From Nostoc sp. (GTDB lineage: Bacteria; Cyanobacteriota; Cyanobacteriia; Cyanobacteriales; Nostocaceae), in contig JBALDB010000056.1 in the NCBI GenBank assembly GCA_036918135.1, forward strand, positions 416,001-480,000: a stretch of DNA of 64,000 nt, read 5' to 3'. Positions within the stretch are counted from its first letter, which is position 1. Each line of letters opens with the position of its first letter. A program made the translations under genes and the position numbers. This document shows positions 20,976 through 30,907 of the stretch, piece after piece. The notes under the pieces are model-generated. The model searched no databases. It saw nothing but the letters and a program-made list of their open reading frames with translations, and was not told the DNA's origin.

Positions 20976-23303
20976 TTATGAGATAGCTTTTGCTTGAAAG
21001 TTACGCAATCTTAGGGCATTGCTAACAACAGAAAGCGAAGAAAGCGCCATCGCGGCTCCGGCAATAATGGGATTGAGTAACCAACCAAAGATTGGGAAGA
21101 GAATTCCAGCAGCAATAGGAATGCCAATAATGTTGTAAATAAAAGCAAAAAAGAGATTTTGCTTGATATTGTTGATAGTAGCGCGACTGAGTTGAATAGC
21201 GGTTACAATTCCTTGTAAATCTCCAGAAACTAGGGTGATATCGCTAGCAGCGATCGCCACATCTGTTCCTGTACCGATGGCAATCCCCACGTCAGCCTGT
21301 GCTAGTGCTGGCGCATCATTGATGCCATCACCTACCATTGCTACCAGAGATTGGGGATTGAGTCTTGGGGATTGGGTATTGGGAAGAATTTTTTCTAGTC
21401 GCCAGTTCCTAGTCCCCAGTCCCTCTTTTTGCAGAGATTGAATAATCGCCGCTTTTCCATCGGGACGGACTTCGGCAAATACTCGTTTGATACCAACTTG
21501 CTCGGCGATCGCTTGGGCTGTTTTCTGATTATCTCCGGTAAGCATGACTACTTCTAAACCCAACTTCTGTAGTGCTTTGACTACTGCTGTGGATGAAGGT
21601 TTGAGGGCATCGGCAATACCCATTACTGCTTGAATTTCGCCATCTACGGTGATGAAAATCACTGTTTTGCCAGCAGTTTCCCATACATTTTTATACTGCT
21701 GGAGAGTCCTAGTGTTAATTTCGAGTTCAGCCAACCAGCGTTGGCTACCAATTTGCACCAAGCGATCGCCAACAACTGCTTGCACGCCACTACCTGCAAT
21801 TGCTTGAAAGTTCTTCGCCTCTGTTAAACTCACCTCTTGAGACTGGGCATATCTGACAACAGCCGAGGCTAAGGGATGTTCAGAATTTCGTTCTACCGTT
21901 GCTGCTAACTGTAAAAGCTTGAGTTCGTTACCATTGGCTGTGCCGTTGACAGTGATAAAATCTGTAACTGTAGGTTTACCCACAGTTAAAGTACCAGTTT
22001 TATCTAAAACGATGGTTTGGATTTTGTGTGCGAGTTCTAAGCTGTCTGCGCCTTTAATCAAAATGCCATTTTCTGCACCTTTGCCGGTTCCCACCATTAC
22101 AGAAGTCGGGGTAGCTAAACCCAAAGCACAAGGACAAGCGATAATCAGTACACCTACCGTTGTCATTGTGGCTAGGGTGAAGTTGCCTGTAAAGCTAAAC
22201 CAAATTACAAAAGTGGCGATCGCAATGGCAATCACAACTGGTACAAACCATCCTGTCACTCGATCTGCCAAGCGCTGAATTGGTGCTTTAGAACCTTGTG
22301 CTTGTTGCACTAGTTTGACAATTTGAGCCAAAAACGTATCTTTTCCGACTCGTGTCGCCCGAAACTGAAATGCACCCGCACCGTTTATCGTCGCCCCAAT
22401 CACCTCATCTCCTGGTTGCTTTTTGACTGGCAAACTTTCACCGGTCACCATCGCTTCATCTACTGTGGAAACACCTGTAATGATTTCGCCATCTACTGGA
22501 ATCTTTTCACCGGGACGCACCAAAATCACATCGTTGATTCTGACTTTGGCGATGGGAACATCAATTTCCACACCGTTACGGATGACTCTGGCATCTCTGG
22601 CTTGGAGTCCCATAAGTTTGCGGATAGCTTCAGAAGTTTGTCCTTTGGCGCGATTTTCCAATAATCGCCCCAGTAAAATTAAACTAATGACAATGGCGGC
22701 AACTTCATAATAAACATGAACAATCAAACCTTGAGCAATAAAAAATCCAGGGAAAACGGTAATAAACAAAGAATATAGATATGCCGCACTTGTACCCAAA
22801 CTAATCAGCGTGTCCATTGTCGCCGTATGGCGCTTGAAAGCTTTCCAGCCATTGCGGTAAAAAGAGCCACCACACCAAAACACAACGGGTGTTGTCAGCA
22901 CCAGCTGTAGCCAAGGATTCTCCAGGAAACTGGGAATCAAAGGTAAATTCACCCCAATCATCATCGGCAGCGATCCCAAAAATAGGAAACTACTGATTAC
23001 GCCTCCTACTATTACTTTCTGGGATAGTTCGCGTTGTTTTGCTTGTCTAGTTGCTGTCTCCAGATCATTTTCTTGAGACAGCATTTCTTCTGCGAGTGAG
23101 TAGGAAGAGTAACCCGCCGCCGCGATCGCCGCTTGGATTTTCTCTAGATTAGTGAGAGAGCGATCGTAATTGATGGCGGCTTGCTCTGCTCCAAAGTTAA
23201 CGTTACAGTCACTTACTCCAGGAACCGAGCGAATCGCCTTTTCGACGTTATTGGCGCAAGCGGCGCAACTCATGCCTCGAAGTTTGAGTGTAAGAGTATC
23301 CAT
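20976..23303 (-). CDS. pacS: Copper-translocating P1B-type ATPase (PacS/CopA-like)
   Basis: GMSCAAC HMA domain; TGES, CPCALG, DKTGT, SEHP, GDGIND, YN and MALSS motifs. Confidence 0.93.
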   Translation of the reverse strand: MDTLTLKLRGMSCAACANNVEKAIRSVPGVSDCNVNFGAEQAAINYDRSLTNLEKIQAAIAAAGYSSYSLAEEMLSQENDLETATRQAKQRELSQKVIVGGVISSFLFLGSLPMMIGVNLPLIPSFLENPWLQLVLTTPVVFWCGGSFYRNGWKAFKRHTATMDTLISLGTSAAYLYSLFITVFPGFFIAQGLIVHVYYEVAAIVISLILLGRLLENRAKGQTSEAIRKLMGLQARDARVIRNGVEIDVPIAKVRINDVILVRPGEKIPVDGEIITGVSTVDEAMVTGESLPVKKQPGDEVIGATINGAGAFQFRATRVGKDTFLAQIVKLVQQAQGSKAPIQRLADRVTGWFVPVVIAIAIATFVIWFSFTGNFTLATMTTVGVLIIACPCALGLATPTSVMVGTGKGAENGILIKGADSLELAHKIQTIVLDKTGTLTVGKPTVTDFITVNGTANGNELKLLQLAATVERNSEHPLASAVVRYAQSQEVSLTEAKNFQAIAGSGVQAVVGDRLVQIGSQRWLAELEINTRTLQQYKNVWETAGKTVIFITVDGEIQAVMGIADALKPSSTAVVKALQKLGLEVVMLTGDNQKTAQAIAEQVGIKRVFAEVRPDGKAAIIQSLQKEGLGTRNWRLEKILPNTQSPRLNPQSLVAMVGDGINDAPALAQADVGIAIGTGTDVAIAASDITLVSGDLQGIVTAIQLSRATINNIKQNLFFAFIYNIIGIPIAAGILFPIFGWLLNPIIAGAAMALSSLSVVSNALRLRNFQAKAIS

Positions 23304-23399
23304 ATTGGGGATTGGGAATTGGGGACGGAGATTGAGGAATAGGGAGATGGGGAGAAGTTGCAGCAGTTTTTCCCCTCTGCCCCTCTGCCCCCATCCTCT

Positions 23400-23594
23400 C
23401 TAAGCGACTGGATAGCCAGCAGCAGCTAAGGCTTCCTTAATCGCTGTCTCTGATGCTTGAGTTTCTACGCTGACAAGCTTGGTTGTTGGATCGGCCTGAA
23501 TGCTAGCATTGGCATCGACCGCATGGAGTGCTTTGGTAATAGTACTCGCACAAGCAGAACAAGCCATATTGGGAACTGTGAGTTGGAAAGTCAT
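23400..23594 (-). CDS. atx1: Copper chaperone (Atx1/CopZ-like HMA protein)
   Basis: 64 aa with MACSAC motif, directly upstream of the ATPase. Confidence 0.88.
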   Translation of the reverse strand: MTFQLTVPNMACSACASTITKALHAVDANASIQADPTTKLVSVETQASETAIKEALAAAGYPVA

Positions 23595-23704
23595 AGATTT
23601 ACGGGATAAAATGAACAACCTCGCCACACCAAGCTGGATGACTGGGACGTATATCTTACACCTCAGAAATTTCTGATTTCTGGCTGAAGAATCGCCTTGA
23701 ATTT

Positions 23705-23736
23705 ATCCTAAACTCTCCACTCGGGTGGAGAGTCTA
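23705..23736 (-). promoter_or_regulatory. MerR-type promoter/operator of the copper operon
   Basis: Minus strand TAGACT-N20-TAGGAT with perfect inverted repeat ACTCTCCAC-N4-GTGGAGAGT (23712-23733). Confidence 0.75.
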
Positions 23737-23960
23737 GAGATTTTTAAAAGTTTCAAAAATACAAAATACTACAAAGACTTGTCATCAGATGAAAGTGTGT
23801 GTTATCAAGTGATATAACCACATTAATTAAAATTAACCCTTGTTTTCCCCACAATTGTCGGAAAACAACCCTCCCTACCACTAGACGCGGCTGCTGAACC
23901 CAAGTCTTGTTATCTCTTCACAATAAAGGGTCTTTTTTAAGACTCAATTTTGGAGTTTTC

Positions 23961-25400
23961 ATGCAGCCAAAAAATTTAAAACGTCTCCTGCGTGCTTTAG
24001 GGCGGCAGGGTTTGGATGTAACTTACAATAATCAGACTTATTGTGTCGGTCTAACTAATTTTGCTGATGCTCCTATAGCAGAAGTCCTATTACCGAAAGA
24101 CTTCCCCGTAGAAGCTAAGGCGCTCAAGCAGTTAGCGAATTTGGCAAGCGTCCGCCACCCATCGGGTGGATGTGTGTGTCGTGCCTGTGCTACGCCTGAC
24201 TTTCACCCCGGTGATGCGGGGGTTGCTATTGGTTCAGTTGTAGAAACTGTTGGTCAAGTAATTCCTAGTGCTGTCGGTTCTGACATCAATTGTGGAATGC
24301 GCCTGCATGTTGCTAATTTGACAATCGAGGAATTCCTCGCAAAGCGTGACCAATTCGTAGAACAGATGAAGGGAGATTACTTCTTTGGTACGCGTGATGT
24401 AACGATGACTGCTCAGGCAATGCAAGCTTTATTTCAGTACGGAGTTCCTGGTTGGCTGGATGCCATGCTAGATCGACCTACAGGGAGTGTAGTTAAGTCT
24501 GACTTGCAACAACTTGCCGAAGAAAGCGAACGCATCTTCTTAGGTGGTTCAATGGATGGTAACTGGAAACTCGCACCTGAAGAATTGGTTCCTGATGCTG
24601 GACTAGTGCGCGATGGCGGACTGGCAACCATCGGCGGCGGTAATCATTTTGTAGAAGTGCAGCGAGTTGATAAAGTCGAAAATCGTACGCTTGCCCATGC
24701 TTGGGGAGTACGCGAGGGACAGCTGGCTTTTATGATTCACTCTGGTTCTCGGAATGTGGGTAAGTACATCGGGGGAATGTGGCGAGATAAAGCTAAGGCA
24801 GCTTGGCAAAAAGGTTTGAAATATCCAGATTCTCAGATTTTTCCTCTTTCTACTTCTTCTCATCCCGAACTAGTAACGAGTTACCTGCAAGCTGAGGCAA
24901 CAGCTGCTAACTATGGCTTTGTTAATCGCCTGCTGTTAGCGGAACTGCTGCGTTTGCGTTTGCGAGAAGTATACAAAGATGTGGAAGCACCTCTAGTTTA
25001 TGACTTACCCCACAACATCACTTTGCCAGAAGGTGAAGGATGGGTAACACGTAAAGGCGCTTGTCCCGCATATCCAGGGCAACCAGTGATTATCCCTGGT
25101 TCAATGGGTGCTTACTCTTATTTAATGGTGGGCAGAGGTAATCCAGCATTTTGTAATTCTGCTTCACATGGGGCGGGAAGAATTCGTTCTCGTTTTGACC
25201 TCAATCGCAGAGGTGCATCCCAAAGTGAGGCAGAACTGGGATTAACTGGAGTAAACTGCATCACCTTGCGTCAAGAACGCCGTATTGAAGAAGCACCCGC
25301 AGCTTACAAACCGATTCAGTCTGTGATTAATGTTCAAGTTGAGGCAGGAATAGTAGATGTTGTGGCGCGGTTGAGTCCAGTATTGACGTTTAAGGCCTAA
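23961..25400 (+). CDS. rtcB: RtcB family RNA ligase
   Basis: DFHPG, GSDINCG, GGGNHF, HSGSR, HN, RKGA, PGSMG, SHGAGR and EEAPAAYK motifs; GGAG RBS. Confidence 0.93.
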   Translation: MQPKNLKRLLRALGRQGLDVTYNNQTYCVGLTNFADAPIAEVLLPKDFPVEAKALKQLANLASVRHPSGGCVCRACATPDFHPGDAGVAIGSVVETVGQVIPSAVGSDINCGMRLHVANLTIEEFLAKRDQFVEQMKGDYFFGTRDVTMTAQAMQALFQYGVPGWLDAMLDRPTGSVVKSDLQQLAEESERIFLGGSMDGNWKLAPEELVPDAGLVRDGGLATIGGGNHFVEVQRVDKVENRTLAHAWGVREGQLAFMIHSGSRNVGKYIGGMWRDKAKAAWQKGLKYPDSQIFPLSTSSHPELVTSYLQAEATAANYGFVNRLLLAELLRLRLREVYKDVEAPLVYDLPHNITLPEGEGWVTRKGACPAYPGQPVIIPGSMGAYSYLMVGRGNPAFCNSASHGAGRIRSRFDLNRRGASQSEAELGLTGVNCITLRQERRIEEAPAAYKPIQSVINVQVEAGIVDVVARLSPVLTFKA

Positions 25401-25445
25401 AGCCTTATTAAAGGTTAACTGATGACTGTTAACTGTCAACCATCA

Positions 25446-25490
25446 ACGTGAAATCTCATCCCTTTCCTTTTTAGAAGTGGGATGAGCTTA
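25446..25490. repeat. Dispersed hairpin repeat AACGTGAAAT.TCATCCC...GTGGGATGAGCT
   Basis: Second copy at 45741-45780; hairpin style resembles IS200/IS605 or REP ends. Confidence 0.6.
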
Positions 25491-25499
25491 ACTCTTAAT

Positions 25500-26378
25500 T
25501 CATAAAGTTTCTTGGGAAAGGGTAGTAATTATGTCTGGTAGCGGCCGATCGCCATTGCTCTCTTCCGGAGTTTCCCTACCCAAAGATGTTTCTTTGACTA
25601 ACCGATAAACATCGGCTGCTCCTTGAAAAATCTGCTCTGTCAAATCTAAGGCTTCAAATGTGTCTGCAATCTCTTCCATTTCTCCCACCCATCGATGTGC
25701 TTTTGGTGTCATAGATGGCAGGGAATGAGTAAGTATTTTTGCTAGTTCTGGCTGGCTACTGGACACTTCAGCCCACAGTTCTTGGTCTAAACCTAAGCGA
25801 TGAGCTGCAATCAGCAATTCTGTACCGATTGCTGTTAATCCTTTTGTCAGTGCTGCGTAGCACATTTTTAACCCTGAAGCCTGACCAATTTCATCGCCAA
25901 TCACCCGCACATCTAATCCATAGTCTCGCAATTGTTCGAGTTCAACTGCCTGTTTTCCAGATACATAGATGCGGGTGCGATTGGGAACTCGTGGAGGCGG
26001 GCCAATGATTGATGCATCGATAAATTGTCCGCCGTTTGATTCAATTATTTGGGCAATGTTTCTAACCTTTTGCGGTGCGATCGCGTTGGCGTCAACGTAT
26101 AAAATGCTTTTACCAACGCTGCCTATTGCTTGAGCTACTTTTTCTGCTGCCTCTGTAGCAGCAGCGGGAACTAGCACAGACAGAACTACATCGGATTCGA
26201 TCGCTAATTGTTTGAGCGAACCAACATCTCCGATATTGGCTGCTGCGGCTAATTGTCGAGTGCGATCGCTTCGGTCGTCCAACGCCGCAATCGTCTTCAA
26301 TCCATGTTGATTGAGTACAGTAGCGATCGCTTGCCCCATGTCGCCCGGACTTAAAATACCAACAGTTTGAATTTGCAT
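25500..26378 (-). CDS. NAD(P)-dependent oxidoreductase (6PGD/3-hydroxyisobutyrate dehydrogenase-like, DUF1932)
   Basis: GILSPGDMG Rossmann motif, ASGLKMCYAALTKG, AHRWVGEMEEIA. Confidence 0.88.
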   Translation of the reverse strand: MQIQTVGILSPGDMGQAIATVLNQHGLKTIAALDDRSDRTRQLAAAANIGDVGSLKQLAIESDVVLSVLVPAAATEAAEKVAQAIGSVGKSILYVDANAIAPQKVRNIAQIIESNGGQFIDASIIGPPPRVPNRTRIYVSGKQAVELEQLRDYGLDVRVIGDEIGQASGLKMCYAALTKGLTAIGTELLIAAHRLGLDQELWAEVSSSQPELAKILTHSLPSMTPKAHRWVGEMEEIADTFEALDLTEQIFQGAADVYRLVKETSLGRETPEESNGDRPLPDIITTLSQETL

Positions 26379-26566
26379 AGCAAACCTGATTCCAAAATGC
26401 GCTCAAAGAGTACTGATGTGACCCTTTGTCTGGGCATCCAGTACTCCTTGTTAGCATAGGTGGGGAGATTGAGTTATGAAATAAAATACAGTAATTTGAT
26501 TGAGTTACCGTATTTTGTCTAAATACCAACTTATCACAAATTCATCTCAGGAAGCAAGCTATTGCA

Positions 26567-27181
26567 GTGAAGCTGACAATCAGACTAGCCGATGAAAACG
26601 ATGCATCACAAATGCTCTTAATTTATGCACCAATTGTTCAGGAAACCACAATTTCCTTTGAATTACAACCCCCCAGCGAAACGGAGTTTCAAAACCGGAT
26701 TAAGAACTATCAACAGCAGATGCCTTGGCTAGTTTGCGAAATTAATGGTGAAGCTGGCTACGCTTATGCTAATCCTTATCGTACCCGTGCAGCTTACCAA
26801 TGGTCTGTAGAATCATCTGTGTACGTTGGTGAGAATCATCACCGAAAAGGAGTTGCTAAAGCTTTGTATACGACACTGTTTAAGTTACTGCAACTCCAAG
26901 GATTTTATAACGTTGTAGCTGCGATCGCTTTACCCAATCAACCCAGTGTGACTGTACATGAAGCTGTTGGGTTTGTACCTGTAGGAGTTTTTCAGCGAGT
27001 CTGATTTAAATTTGGTAAGTGGCGTGATGTAGGTTACTGGCAATTATCTCTACAACCAGAGCAATGTTTCTTAAGTGATGGCGATTGAACTTATAAATTC
27101 ACCTGTTTCTGTCTCAGAAATACAAAAATCGCCTTTGTGGGATCAAGCTTTAACAAATGGACTGTTGTTGGTGCGAGTTTA
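26567..27181 (+). pseudogene. GNAT phosphinothricin/arsinothricin-type acetyltransferase interrupted by a nonsense codon
   Basis: TISFE, RAAYQWSVESSVY and PNQPSV..HE motifs; in-frame TGA at 27002-27004 where Gly is expected, followed by the conserved FKFGKWRDVGYWQL. Confidence 0.8.
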
Positions 27182-27292
27182 ACTACAAAATTTCACAAGT
27201 TCTTTATTGAACAATGCCCCAGCAGCACTTCTAATTGCAGCGTCATGATTAATAAGCGTATCGTCAAGGTCAAAAAGTACAGCTTTAATCAT
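27179..27292 (-). pseudogene. HAD-family hydrolase 5' fragment
   Basis: Translates as MIKAVLFDLDDTLINHDAAIRSAAGALFNKELVKFCS*; HAD motif I only. Confidence 0.7.
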
Positions 27293-27328
27293 GTAGCTAA
27301 CTATACGTAATAGAACAAACATAAAATT

Positions 27329-28450
27329 ATGTCAGAAATTGCTGATTTATCTGCATCTCAACTGTTGTCACTATACCGCGATCGCCAATTATCTACCAGT
27401 TGAAGCCACTAAAGCCACCCTAGAACGGATCGATACTTACAATAGCTCAGTTAATGCCTTTGCGATCATCGATCAAAAGACAGCTCTTGTTGAAGCTCAG
27501 GCTTCAGAAGTACGCTGGCTCAATGGTAATCCCCTTGGCTTGGTGGATGATATACCCTTTACTGCCAAAGATTTATTGTTAACTAAGGGTTTACCAACGC
27601 ACCGGGGAAGTAAAGCGATTATTGCCAATCAACCTTGGGAAGAAGATGCACCTGCGGTAGCTTGTTTCCGGGAACAGGGAGCGGTACTACTCGGAAAAAC
27701 CACAACTTCAGAATTTGGCTGGAAGGGTGTCACCGATAGTGCCCTGACTGGTATTACCCGCAATCCTTGGAATACAGAACTGACTGCCAAAGGTAGTAGC
27801 GGTGGGGCAGCTGTGGCTGCTGCATTAGGAATGGGTATTCTTCACCTGGGTACAGATGGCGGCGGCTCATCAAGAACATCGGCGGCTTTAACAGGAGTGT
27901 TTGGTTTCAAGCCTACTTTTGGGCGCGTAGCTGGTTATCCATCAGCCCATACTGGAACTTTGTTTTATATTGGCGTTCTTGTTCGTACTGTTACCGATGC
28001 AGCAGTCACGTTAAATGTTATTGCCCATCCTGATGTTCGTGATTGGTATGCTCTACCAGATGAGCAACAAGACTATACTGTGGATTTAGATCGGGGTGTA
28101 GCTGGATTGCGAATTGCTTACAGTCCGAACTTTGGATATGCCGATGTCGATTCGGAAGTAGCTGCCTTAGTTAGAGCCGCAGTCGATGTTTTTGCCAAAC
28201 TCGGTGCTGTTGTTGAGCAAGTCGATCCTGGTTTTGCCAATCCCCGCAGTATTTTTCAAACCTTCTGGCAAGTGGGTGCAGCGAAGCTACTGCGCGGCTT
28301 TAGTTCAGAACAACGAGCTGCGATTGAACAAGGATTGCAGGCTACTGCTAAAGAAGGCGATCGCATTACTCTATCAGAATACATCAGCGCTCAGGATGCT
28401 CGTGAAGCTTTAGGAAGACATTCGCAACGCTTTCATGAAAACTATGATTT
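27329..28450 (+). pseudogene. Amidase-signature family protein, frameshifted and 3'-truncated
   Basis: MSEIADLSASQLLSLYRDRQLS from 27329, then a frameshift near 27395 into PVEATKA...; GSSGG and GTDGGGS motifs; similarity ends after HENYDL. Confidence 0.85.
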
Positions 28451-28810
28451 GTACAGTACTTGTCCCCTTATAAAATACTGTTTGTCTACCGATTTTACGG
28501 TGTTTATTTTAGAAGTATTACATAGCTATGAGTAAAATTCAAGTCCTTAGACAACAAATATATGATTGTTTAAATTTAAGTAAAACTAATAATTAGCTTA
28601 GCTAAGTATACTCTAATTATTATACGCACCATTATATAAAGGCTAAAAAGGACTAGGCATGTGAGGAGGCAAAGGAGATGGAGGAAAACTCTTCGCTCAT
28701 CTGGCTTGTCTTTCCCAGTTACTTTTGATAGATAATCTAGGCAATCGCTCTTTACCTTTGACTGGACAATGAGTGCACAGACAACAATGCGATCGCCGCA
28801 CTTTACAGGC

Positions 28811-28920
28811 AAACAAAAACCCCCGGTCTAATCAACACCAGGGGTATCCATCTTTATTCCCTGATACTACAATCGCATCTGTCAGGCTATGATACATGGG
28901 CACTCATGCAATAAAAGCAT
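28811..28920 (-). ncRNA. Putative small RNA (type B unit) with intrinsic terminator
   Basis: Minus-strand hairpin ACCCCTGGT...ACCGGGGGT (U-G wobble) plus U tract; internal CCTGA/TCAGG stem; 5' end unknown. Confidence 0.35.
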
Positions 28921-28950
28921 AATATTGATGATGATTTTGCAATCTATTTC

Positions 28951-29082
28951 AAAAAAAAAGGCTTAGCTCAGTGCTAATCCTTAATATATTTAGTATTTAA
29001 AAATACATTTCACATTAATTTAGACTTACTTTTGCTTTAGTTTATCTTCCTATAAACTGTATCCAAATATTTTAAAGCCGAT
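28951..29082 (-). ncRNA. Putative sRNA cassette, unit 1 of tandem array
   Basis: Box at 29043, 19-bp spacer, ATTAATTTAG block at 29014, 32-nt body, hairpin 28959-28981 plus U9. Confidence 0.6.
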
Positions 29083-29106
29083 CGACAACTACTTAATAAA
29101 TTATAA

Positions 29107-29233
29107 TAAAAGGCTTGGCTAAGCCAAGCCTCTATATATACCAAGCATTTACTACACCAAGATTAATTTAGACTTACTCTTACTTTAGTTCATCTTCCTA
29201 TAGGCTGTGTCCAAATATTGGGAAATCTGATAT
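29107..29233 (-). ncRNA. Putative sRNA cassette, unit 2 of tandem array
   Basis: Box CATCTTCCTATAGG at 29191, 19-bp spacer, block at 29162, 30-nt body, perfect hairpin 29111-29131. Confidence 0.65.
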
Positions 29234-29253
29234 ACCATTTTCTGCTTATTAAT

Positions 29254-29383
29254 AAAAAAGGTTTGGCTCTAAACCAAACCTAAATAATTGCTGTGCTTAA
29301 CAACGTACTAAATTAATTTAGTTCTACTATATTTACAGATCATCATCCTAAAGAATATGTCTAAACATCATAAAATTTGATAT
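29254..29383 (-). ncRNA. Putative sRNA cassette, unit 3 of tandem array
   Basis: Box CATCATCCTAAAG at 29341, 19-bp spacer, block at 29312, 30-nt body, hairpin 29259-29281 with a compensatory change. Confidence 0.65.
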
Positions 29384-29757
29384 CTAATTATTTTGTCATA
29401 ATCTTGACATATTTACTTTAAGTATATATAAAAATATGCGATTAAAGTACCTTAAGTACAAAAAAGAACTATCAACTATTTTGTATAAAGTAATTATATA
29501 ACTTCGTACTAAGAGCATGTTTTAAAAGTTAAAATATATACTTAAAACCTCACTTCAATTCCTCTCAAGAGCACGAGAGAAACTTTGAAACACTCATGGG
29601 AGGAAATCCCAAGACCGGACTGGCTCTTCCGTCCCTAGACAAATAAGTTCAAAAATTAAAATAGATTACTATAAGACACATACTTGTGCCAATACTAAGT
29701 ATAAACAGAATTTCTAACAGATAGGTTTGAAAGTCTCTCTTTGGCTTATATCAGATT

Positions 29758-29984
29758 AAAAAAAAACCCTGGAATAATATCCAGGGTACATACACGTTTT
29801 TCAGGCATTAACAGGCTGAATATTAACTCTGGAAAATAGTTATTTCTACTATCCTTAGAATGATAGGAAAATTGCTTTCTCTATGATATACACGTCTTTT
29901 TGATGCATGGTCTATTTCTATATAGTATTTTAATGAATTTTTATATTCCTTTAGTAAGGTGTCAAACATTTTGTAACTTGATAT
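29758..29984 (-). ncRNA. Putative longer sRNA (type B unit) with array-like promoter
   Basis: Terminator ACCCTGGA...TCCAGGGT plus U tract at 29758-29788; promoter region 29942-29984 resembles units 2 and 3; internal repeat TACACGT(C)TTTT twice. Confidence 0.45.
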
Positions 29985-30296
29985 TAATCTTTTTTAATTA
30001 TTCCTTACACGTTTATCAATAACTCGTACTAGCCCAGTCCATTAGCGAGGCAGAAACTATAGCTGTTGTTATCTAGAGGAATTTGATGTGATTTATCAAC
30101 TTACCTGTGTAGGCAAGCAAAAGGCACTCTTGCAAGAGGGTTATGGAAGATTAAAGTGTACAAAATTTTTTTATTCAAATAGGATTGCTATGCCTTAGAT
30201 AAGAGGTAATTAATACTTTCCCATTTTCTATTGCCTAGTTTTATAAGTAAATTCTTTAAATCAATGCGGATAACTATAGTAACTTGAGTTAATCAA

Positions 30297-30395
30297 GAAA
30301 GGCTTGGTTATTAACCAAGCCTTAGGTAAGAGTAGAGTCTATCAGCAGAATTTAGTCAATTTAGTTGATAAATACATCTGTCTTTAGAGAGTATA
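30297..30395 (-). ncRNA. Putative sRNA cassette, unit 4 of tandem array
   Basis: Hairpin AGGCTTGGTTA-T-TAACCAAGCCT at 30300-30322, 23-nt body, AATTTAG, 19-bp spacer, box CATCTGTCTTTAG at 30375. Confidence 0.55.
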
Positions 30396-30437
30396 CGAAG
30401 ATTTTATATAAGTATTGAACAAAACTATAGTAATAAT

Positions 30438-30566
30438 AAAAAAGGCTTAGCTGAACGCTAAACCTCCATAGAAAGCAGTTATTCGACACACCAGAATTAA
30501 TTTAAACTTAGTCTTAATTATAATCATCTTCCTCTAGGATGTATCTAATAATTATGGAATATGATA
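30438..30566 (-). ncRNA. Putative sRNA cassette, unit 5 of tandem array
   Basis: Hairpin 30443-30465 (U-G wobble on the minus strand), 30-nt body, block at 30496, 19-bp spacer, box CATCTTCCTCTAGGATG at 30525. Confidence 0.65.
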
Positions 30567-30749
30567 ATACTTACATCAATAATCTAATTAAGAATCTAAA
30601 CATCCTAAGACATAATTTTTATAAATATAAAGTTTAAAACAAAAATTTTTTTACATTTACATATTGGTTAAAGAATAATAAGTGTATATTCATTAAAAAA
30701 ATTACAAAAATATGTATTGTAGTTTGAAATAAGTCAGGAGTTAAATTAT

Positions 30750-30871
30750 GGCGCTGCTAAATTCAGGTATGAATTTACCTCAGGCAGAGACGCAGCGGAA
30801 AGTCTGAGGCGCACAAAGCAAGAGTTTGAGATATTGAGTTTTCAAATTTCATACTTCAATTCAGCAACGCC
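30750..30871. mobile_element. MITE-like element (122 bp)
   Basis: About 27-bp imperfect terminal inverted repeats GGCGCTGCTAAATTCAGGTATGAA / TTCATACTTCAATTCAGCAACGCC. Confidence 0.75.
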
Positions 30872-30907
30872 GATTTTTTTTACAAGCAATTAGGCAAATA
30901 AATAATA

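Noticed and set aside
27002..27004. Selenocysteine or readthrough TGA in the GNAT gene
   Set aside because: The position corresponds to Gly (GGA to TGA), and neighbouring genes are also decayed, so a simple nonsense mutation is more likely
28576..28812. 78-aa minus-strand ORF next to the array
   Set aside because: Non-ATG start immediately after a terminator, no RBS and no recognisable family
28951..29383. NsiR1 array
   Set aside because: No hetF adjacent, no TCCGGA (DIF1) motif, and the units are more divergent than I would expect for NsiR1
28951..30566. CRISPR or TIGR-like guide array
   Set aside because: The repeats are long and degenerate, each with its own promoter-like and terminator-like parts; the bodies are partly homologous; no cas or Nop-domain gene is in the window
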